Shown here: positions 57,992-64,000 of the stretch, one piece after another
Position numbering within the stretch: position 1 is the first letter of the stretch
Layout: each line of letters begins with the position of its first letter
Source: a virus
DNA: 64,000 nt
Virus record (IMG/VR): IMGVR_UViG_3300043823_000114
Location: 26,209 to 90,208 of that record
Strand: one strand, 5' to 3'
Translations under genes and position numbers: made by a program
Notes under the pieces: generated by a model
What the model was told of the DNA's origin: nothing
The model's database searches: none
What the model saw: only the letters and a program-made list of their open reading frames with translations

Positions 57992-58321
57992 ATGACAATA
58001 GCATATCGAGTATTGGGGCAAGCAAATCCCACAGCAAACACAATGACAACGCTGTACACTGTGCCGGCGGCTACAAGCACCATTGTCAGTACTATCGCAG
58101 TGTGTAATCAAAATGCTAATGCAACTGCATTTAGCATTGCAGTTAGACCACAGGGCGGGGCAACTTTCGCAAACAGTTATGTTAACTTCAACACTCCGAT
58201 TCCAGGTAACGACACGATTACTTTAACTATTGGTATGACGCTAGGCAACACTGATATTATAAGTGCTAACTGTTATAGTAGCAATGTCAGTATTAATGTA
58301 TTTGGAAGTGAGATAAGCTAA
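57992..58321 (+). CDS. Small virion protein, 109 aa
   Basis: Y.VLGQ..P.A...TTLYTVP......VSTI.VCN...FGSEI pattern seen in fibre clusters. Confidence 0.6.
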   Translation: MTIAYRVLGQANPTANTMTTLYTVPAATSTIVSTIAVCNQNANATAFSIAVRPQGGATFANSYVNFNTPIPGNDTITLTIGMTLGNTDIISANCYSSNVSINVFGSEIS

Positions 58322-61300
58322 TGGCTATTAGAGCGGCAAGTACTAGAAGATCACAAGCGGCCAGCGCACAAAGCGGCGAAACAGTTGCCATCTACAATGG
58401 CACGGGAGTTACTGTTGCTGGAGCAGTAGTATCTAGTAGCACACAAATCAGTCTTGGCACTACTGTAGTAGGGCAAACTTCTGCACAGTCAACTACTACT
58501 GCCAGTGGTGGCTCATCTGGCCCTATTATCGGAAACGTACAATATCTCAGCGCCAACAACACACCAATCTCGGGCGATGTTGCTGTAAGTACACTAGGCG
58601 GAAATGTTTTAATCAATGGCAGTAACTTTGTTGCCAACAGCAGTGTTTATGTGAATAATGCCTTGGTATCAAACACTTTTGTTAGTAGCACACAGATTAT
58701 TGCCACTGTGCCGGCTAATACCGGAAATGTCTCACTGTTTATTTTTAGTCCAACAAATGTAGGCACAGTGGGTCCAAATATTCGTTATGACGTTGTGCCA
58801 GTTTGGACAACTTCGGCAATAAGTTTAATCAATGGTGTTTCGGCCAATATTACATTGTCGGTTACCAGCGATAGTACGCTGACTTATACATTGTACAGTG
58901 GAAGTTTGCCTACTGGCATGAGTTTGTCAAGTACTGGCTATATATCAGGTACTGCTACAGGTTATAATGTTACTTCAGCAACCACAGCCGTATTAGTTGC
59001 CACAAACCAAGCCGGACAAGCCACACAACAAACTATCAATTTTACTATACTAATAGGTGACACATATTGGTCTTATGATTCTACTTTAATAGGTGCCGGT
59101 ACTAACTTTGGTGCTAATACATTTATTACAGATAATAGCACAAGCAACAATCATTTGACAGTTGTGGGCGCAACAAAAGCGCAAAACTTTAATCCTTATC
59201 AGTTAGGCTATTACAGCGTGGGGTTTGGTGGGTCAGATTATCTTACTATGTCTGCATCTCCCCCACTAATGGGCACGGGATTCGCCGGCAATCAAATCAC
59301 AATAGAGGGTTGGATATACCCTACGGTTTACACCAGTAGCAATAGTTACGGTATGGGCATAATTGGTAATTATGCCGGGGTTGCCGCAAATGGTCGTTGG
59401 GCGATAGTTCTTGTTGGATCTGCGACAAGTTCGGGTACTTTGCAAATCACTTATACTACGGGCACAGGTTCTCAGAATAATGTACTCAGTACAAAATCAT
59501 TTAATTATCTAAATTCTTGGAATCATATCGCAGTCACAATTAACGCTACTACTTCGGCATCAACGACAATCAACTTTTTTGTTAATGGGGTCTTAACTGA
59601 TAATTTTACTGGACAAAACTTATCCACACAAACTAGTTATTATAGTGCTCCTATTATAGGGGGAAATCTATCCAGTTACATCAATAACTACATTGGGTAT
59701 ATGTCAAATTTCCGTATTAGTTCAGGGTTGACCTACACCAGTAATTTTTCTGTGCCCACAACACCACTATTGACAAATAGTAGCACAGCCTTTTTAGGTC
59801 TACAGAGTAATAGATTTATAGACATCAGTCCCGCAAATACTGGATTAACCATAAGCGGTGTTCCAACAGTTCAATCAACAAATCCGTTTGCTACTGCATA
59901 TCAAGCTGGCGCACCATATTATTCAACGTATTTCAATGGAAGTTCAGATTATCTTAGTATTGCTGGATCATCTAGCTTTGCATTCGGTACTGGGGATTTT
60001 ACTGTAGAGTGCTGGATAAATCTTACAGTTTCTTCTGCAACTGACCAAGCGGCTTTTAGTACAGCCGGTGCAAGCACAGTGCAGAATAACGGAGTCAGCT
60101 TGGGGTTATACAACAATATTCCCCGTGCTTTTATTGGCAATGGTACTGGTACAGGAGATATTACACTTAATGGAACAGTTTCGTTATTAAATGCCGGGTG
60201 GACTCACATTGCTTGTGTTCGTCATGGCGGAACGTTTACGTACTATGTAAATGGAATTTCAGTAGCTTCAGCGACTGATTCGCATAACTTAACAGCCACG
60301 AACACAGTTTTAATTGGTTCAGTATACACTGATTTGTCACGTTATTTTGGTGGCGAAATCAGCAATTTGCGAGTTGTTGCAGGCACAGCATTATACACTG
60401 CCAACTTCACTCCATCAACAGCACTATTAACAGCAGTAGCAAATACAGTACTATTGACTTGCCAAAATTCAACATTCGTTGACAATAGCACAAACGCATT
60501 TTCAATAACACCTGCAACTACAACCGTTAAACCTGTAGCAGTAAGTCCATTTACACCAAGCAGTTATACATCAAATCAGATTACAAACTTTGGCAGTGGA
60601 TTACTAAATGGTAGTACAGATTATTTGACTAGTAGCTACCCAATAAACTGGTCAACATATGGTTCATATACGCTTGAATTTTGGGTGTATCATACAGCAG
60701 TATCTGCCACTAATCAAACTTATGCGAGTACGGGTAGTACAGGGTATACGAATTTTTATTCATATGGGTCCGGGGCAACAAACCCAAATTCTATTGCAGT
60801 GGGTATTCAGGGAACAAATGAAATAAGAACTGCCAACAATGTAATTACAGCAAACCAATGGTATCATATAGCATTTACTTACAATGGCACAACAACTGTA
60901 ATATATTTGAACGGAGTGCAGGTTGCATCCGCTACCACAGCAGTATATCCCAATAACTCTGGAAACTTAGTTATTGGTACAGGTTTATCATCGCAACCAG
61001 TTGCTGGCTACATGTCAGATTTTCGTTTGACAAAAAGTGTAGTATATACAAGTAACTTTGTACCACCAATCAACAGTTATAACACAGCATTAGCAAACAC
61101 ACAATTACTGACCTTGCAAAGCAACGGTCCTGCAAACAATAATGGTATAATTGATCAAAGTAATTTTACATCAAACAATGTTATTACCAGAACAGGTACT
61201 CCTACATCTGCATCGTTCTCGCCATATGGGGACAATTGGAGTGTCTTGCAAAGTTACGGTCCTAACGGATATTATAAATTAACAACAAATGCCAACTATG

Positions 61301-63879
61301 ACATAACCGGCGCAAACTTTACTGTTGAATGTTGGGTTAACTTCAAGTCTTGGAGTACGGTGGCTACTTCCCCCCAAGGGATAGTTGGTAATTATGGCGG
61401 CAGTACTGGGTGGATTTTTGGATTTACCAATGCCATTAACAGTCCTCTTCAACAACCGCTAAGTTTTTTAGCATACGGTACCACATCTACAGCAGTGTAT
61501 AGTACCGGCATCGCTACAGGCACAAACATTTCTTTGGGACAATGGAATCATCTTGCGGTTATGCAAAGCAGCGGAACCATTTACTTCTTCCTTAACGGGG
61601 TCATGACCTATTCTACTACTGCTCCTGTGGCTGTTGGTGCTGGTAGTTCTTTATACACAACTTATGCATCAAACTCAACAGCAAACCATAGTATATACAT
61701 TAGTAATCTGAGAATCGTAAAAGGAGTGGCGGTATATTCTACAAGTGGATTTACTCCGCCCACTGCCCCTCTTACTGCAATTCCAGGAACAACATTGTTA
61801 ATTTGTCAAAGTAATAGACATATCGACAATAGCCCAATCAACGGAACAATTGCAGTTCAAAATGGATCTGGTGGGGTTCAACCGCTCATCACAAACTTTT
61901 CACCGTTTAGCAATTACACCTTGCCTAAATACTATTCAACAGCGTTTAACGGTACAACTGATTATTTGAGCATAGCAAACAATTCTGCATTAAATTTTGG
62001 AACCAACGCATACACTATTGAGTGCTGGTTTTATCTAACAAGTTTACCGGCCACGAGCGCACAATATAACTTTTACGCACAGGGTCTACATCAAAGTGGA
62101 ACAGCATTCCATGAATTTTGTGTGTTTAATAACGCTGGCGTTTATCAAATTAATGGAAATTTGTACAATGGTAGTTCTTATGTGTATCAAGCCGCAGTTA
62201 CTGCCACAGGTTTAACAACATACACTTGGTATCATGCGGCCATGATCTACAACGGCACTAGTGCCACAATGTCTTTTAACGGTACACTAGGTACACCAGC
62301 AACAGGTACGGGCACTACTCCTACGACCACAGTGTGGATCGGCTATGGTAATGGTACTGGACTTACCTCGCCCCCGCGTTATTTCCCTGGATATATTTCT
62401 AACTTGAGAATACTTAACGGAACAGCACTGTATACTACCAACTTCACACCACCAACTGCGCCATTGACAGCAATACCAAATACAGTATTGTTAACCTGCC
62501 AAAACTCAACATTTGTTGATAACTCAGTTAATAATTTTACTGTAACGTCAGCCACTGCTACAGTAAAACCCTGGATGGTGAGCCCGTTTACTCCCGCTGT
62601 AAATACTATCGCCAGCTATACTCCTGCACAGTTTGGCTCTAGTGTGTATTTTAACGGTAGCACAGATTACTTGACATTGTCGGCTCCGCCTGCAACAGCA
62701 CTTGGGTCTGGCAATTGGACCATTGATGGTTGGTTTTACAGTCAAAATTGGAACATCACTAGCGGCGCAATACTTTTTGATTTTAGACCTTCGGGTACAA
62801 ATGGATATTATCCTGAGCTGGGATTTACGACATCCGGTGGTCCCGTTGTGTATGTCAATGGAGCTAACCTTATTACAGGGTCAACCAATCTGTATATAAA
62901 TGAATGGTATCATTTTGCCATAGTAAAACTCAATAATGTAACTACTTTATATATCAATGGTGTTTCAAATGGCTCTGCTAGCGATACAAATACTTACGCT
63001 GTCGGGGCAAATGCTCCTGTTATAGGCGGCAGTGGGTTTGGTCGTGGTGGTCAATACTTTACAGGTTATATTGCAGATTTTAGAGTTATTAATGGTGTTG
63101 GGCTATACCAAACATCCTTCTATCCAGGGTCTGCACCCGCACTGCCAAACTTAACAGGCAATGTAACATTGAATGGCAATCTCTTGGCATTGAACAGTAA
63201 CTTAACTGCAAATTCTACAGTAACATCATCATTGATGTTAAACGGCACTGCTGGCGGTATATTTGATTCTACTAGAATCACTGAATTTGTTACTGTTGGC
63301 AATCCCGTAATAACCAGCAATCTAGTGCCATATACCCCTGCCGCAGGATTGAGTAGTGTGTATTTCACTGGTGCAAGTTATTTAACCGCAAACACAACAT
63401 CCGTTTCTACGTTTGCAAACGTAAACTTCACCGTTGAGACTTGGTGGAAAAGTAGCGGTACGCAATCGCAATACGCACCCCTAGTCAGTAACTACTTTAC
63501 ATCAAGTCCAGTAACTGGATCTTGGGCATTTAAGATTTCGGGGTCAACTGCTAATTACTTAGAGTTTACTTATTATAATGGAAGTAGCTTAGTAAACATT
63601 GATGGCACAAGTAATGTCAATGATGGTAACTGGCATCATATTGCGGCTGTTAGAAATAACAATTATATTTTACTATTTGTTGACGGCACTCAACAACAAA
63701 ATACGGCTATCTCTAATACTCAGACAATTGGGGTCACAACAGGAAATCTTCTAATAGGTTACGAACCACGTGATAATGTTTATATCAATGGCTACATCAC
63801 TGATCTTAGAATTACCAATGGCTACGCAAGATATGTTGCTAACTTTACACCATCTATCTATCAATTCCCAACAAAATAA
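58321..63879 (+). CDS. Multi-LamG (concanavalin A-like) adhesin/fibre protein with N-terminal Ig-like domains, 1852 aa
   Basis: Seven T(I/V/L)(E/D).W ... W.H.A ... NG ... G.(I/M)S(N/D).R ... YT.NF repeats; N-terminal IPT-like (I.G.NF...S.V) and He_PIG-like (GSLP.G.SLSS.G.ISGT) segments. Confidence 0.8.
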   Translation: MAIRAASTRRSQAASAQSGETVAIYNGTGVTVAGAVVSSSTQISLGTTVVGQTSAQSTTTASGGSSGPIIGNVQYLSANNTPISGDVAVSTLGGNVLINGSNFVANSSVYVNNALVSNTFVSSTQIIATVPANTGNVSLFIFSPTNVGTVGPNIRYDVVPVWTTSAISLINGVSANITLSVTSDSTLTYTLYSGSLPTGMSLSSTGYISGTATGYNVTSATTAVLVATNQAGQATQQTINFTILIGDTYWSYDSTLIGAGTNFGANTFITDNSTSNNHLTVVGATKAQNFNPYQLGYYSVGFGGSDYLTMSASPPLMGTGFAGNQITIEGWIYPTVYTSSNSYGMGIIGNYAGVAANGRWAIVLVGSATSSGTLQITYTTGTGSQNNVLSTKSFNYLNSWNHIAVTINATTSASTTINFFVNGVLTDNFTGQNLSTQTSYYSAPIIGGNLSSYINNYIGYMSNFRISSGLTYTSNFSVPTTPLLTNSSTAFLGLQSNRFIDISPANTGLTISGVPTVQSTNPFATAYQAGAPYYSTYFNGSSDYLSIAGSSSFAFGTGDFTVECWINLTVSSATDQAAFSTAGASTVQNNGVSLGLYNNIPRAFIGNGTGTGDITLNGTVSLLNAGWTHIACVRHGGTFTYYVNGISVASATDSHNLTATNTVLIGSVYTDLSRYFGGEISNLRVVAGTALYTANFTPSTALLTAVANTVLLTCQNSTFVDNSTNAFSITPATTTVKPVAVSPFTPSSYTSNQITNFGSGLLNGSTDYLTSSYPINWSTYGSYTLEFWVYHTAVSATNQTYASTGSTGYTNFYSYGSGATNPNSIAVGIQGTNEIRTANNVITANQWYHIAFTYNGTTTVIYLNGVQVASATTAVYPNNSGNLVIGTGLSSQPVAGYMSDFRLTKSVVYTSNFVPPINSYNTALANTQLLTLQSNGPANNNGIIDQSNFTSNNVITRTGTPTSASFSPYGDNWSVLQSYGPNGYYKLTTNANYDITGANFTVECWVNFKSWSTVATSPQGIVGNYGGSTGWIFGFTNAINSPLQQPLSFLAYGTTSTAVYSTGIATGTNISLGQWNHLAVMQSSGTIYFFLNGVMTYSTTAPVAVGAGSSLYTTYASNSTANHSIYISNLRIVKGVAVYSTSGFTPPTAPLTAIPGTTLLICQSNRHIDNSPINGTIAVQNGSGGVQPLITNFSPFSNYTLPKYYSTAFNGTTDYLSIANNSALNFGTNAYTIECWFYLTSLPATSAQYNFYAQGLHQSGTAFHEFCVFNNAGVYQINGNLYNGSSYVYQAAVTATGLTTYTWYHAAMIYNGTSATMSFNGTLGTPATGTGTTPTTTVWIGYGNGTGLTSPPRYFPGYISNLRILNGTALYTTNFTPPTAPLTAIPNTVLLTCQNSTFVDNSVNNFTVTSATATVKPWMVSPFTPAVNTIASYTPAQFGSSVYFNGSTDYLTLSAPPATALGSGNWTIDGWFYSQNWNITSGAILFDFRPSGTNGYYPELGFTTSGGPVVYVNGANLITGSTNLYINEWYHFAIVKLNNVTTLYINGVSNGSASDTNTYAVGANAPVIGGSGFGRGGQYFTGYIADFRVINGVGLYQTSFYPGSAPALPNLTGNVTLNGNLLALNSNLTANSTVTSSLMLNGTAGGIFDSTRITEFVTVGNPVITSNLVPYTPAAGLSSVYFTGASYLTANTTSVSTFANVNFTVETWWKSSGTQSQYAPLVSNYFTSSPVTGSWAFKISGSTANYLEFTYYNGSSLVNIDGTSNVNDGNWHHIAAVRNNNYILLFVDGTQQQNTAISNTQTIGVTTGNLLIGYEPRDNVYINGYITDLRITNGYARYVANFTPSIYQFPTK

Positions 63880-63882
63880 ATA
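63876..63882 (+). promoter_or_regulatory. T4-type late promoter
   Basis: ATAAATA overlapping the LamG gene stop, 17 nt before ATG 63900. Confidence 0.6.
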
Positions 63883-63899
63883 CACTAAAGAGAATATAA

Positions 63900-64000
63900 A
63901 TGGCATTTCCAAGCGCACCATCAAACGGACAGTTAGCAACAGTAAACGGTATCAGTTATACCTATAACAGTACTAACAATGCCTGGACACGGAATGTCAA
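63900..64000 (+). CDS. Partial fibre-type protein (MAFPSAPSNGQLATVNGISYTYNSTNNAWTR...)
   Basis: ATG at 63900, open to the window edge; FP..P.NG......G..Y.Y......W N-terminus typical of phage fibre proteins. Confidence 0.6.
   Translation, partial: MAFPSAPSNGQLATVNGISYTYNSTNNAWTRNV

Noticed and set aside
58321-63879. Diversity-generating retroelement target in the adhesin gene
   Set aside because: No reverse transcriptase in the window and no repeat pair differing specifically at adenines.
1355-63967. Numerous 60-184 aa antisense or overlapping ORFs (e.g. 36594..37055, 48162..48611, 52860..53414, 31689..32114)
   Set aside because: They are shadows of long Thr/Gly/Ser/Val-rich genes whose codon usage leaves few stops on the opposite strand; no ribosome-binding sites, promoters or motifs.
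1-64000. tRNA genes, stop-codon reassignment, inteins or introns in core genes
   Set aside because: Intergenic gaps are short with no cloverleaf seen; the standard code gives near-complete coding density; gp20, gp21, gp23, gp46 and gp47 are uninterrupted.

Overview
The whole 64 kb window is a gene-dense, AT-rich segment of a large T4-like (myovirus) phage genome read in the standard genetic code. Left arm (1-25982, minus strand): baseplate and tail module with fibre proteins, a 4158-aa wedge-like giant protein, gp6-, gp25-, gp53- and gp48/54-like proteins, and a gp5-like spike carrying several cell-wall hydrolase domains. Middle (26097-30281, plus strand): a sigma70-driven island with the late sigma factor gp55 and the gp47/gp46 (Mre11/Rad50-like) nuclease, followed by a stand-alone GIY-YIG nuclease. 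Directly after the nuclease lies a ~440-nt non-coding stretch packed with hairpins, GNRA tetraloops and a clear 8-bp pseudoknot; this nuclease plus structured RNA pair is the best candidate for an undescribed system. Next comes a gp26-like chaperone joined to a small downstream ORF by a T-TTT-TTC -1 slippery site (lambda G/GT-like), transcribed divergently from the tape measure gene. The head module follows (portal gp20, scaffold-like proteins, protease gp21, gp22, capsid gp23), then a fatty-acid-desaturase-like gene with its own late promoter, and ~22 kb of repetitive fibre and LamG adhesin genes. T4-type late promoters ((T)ATAAATA / CTAAATA) precede most structural units. I saw no tRNA, rRNA, CRISPR array, integrase or reverse transcriptase. 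All product calls come from motif recognition and gene order, not database searches.
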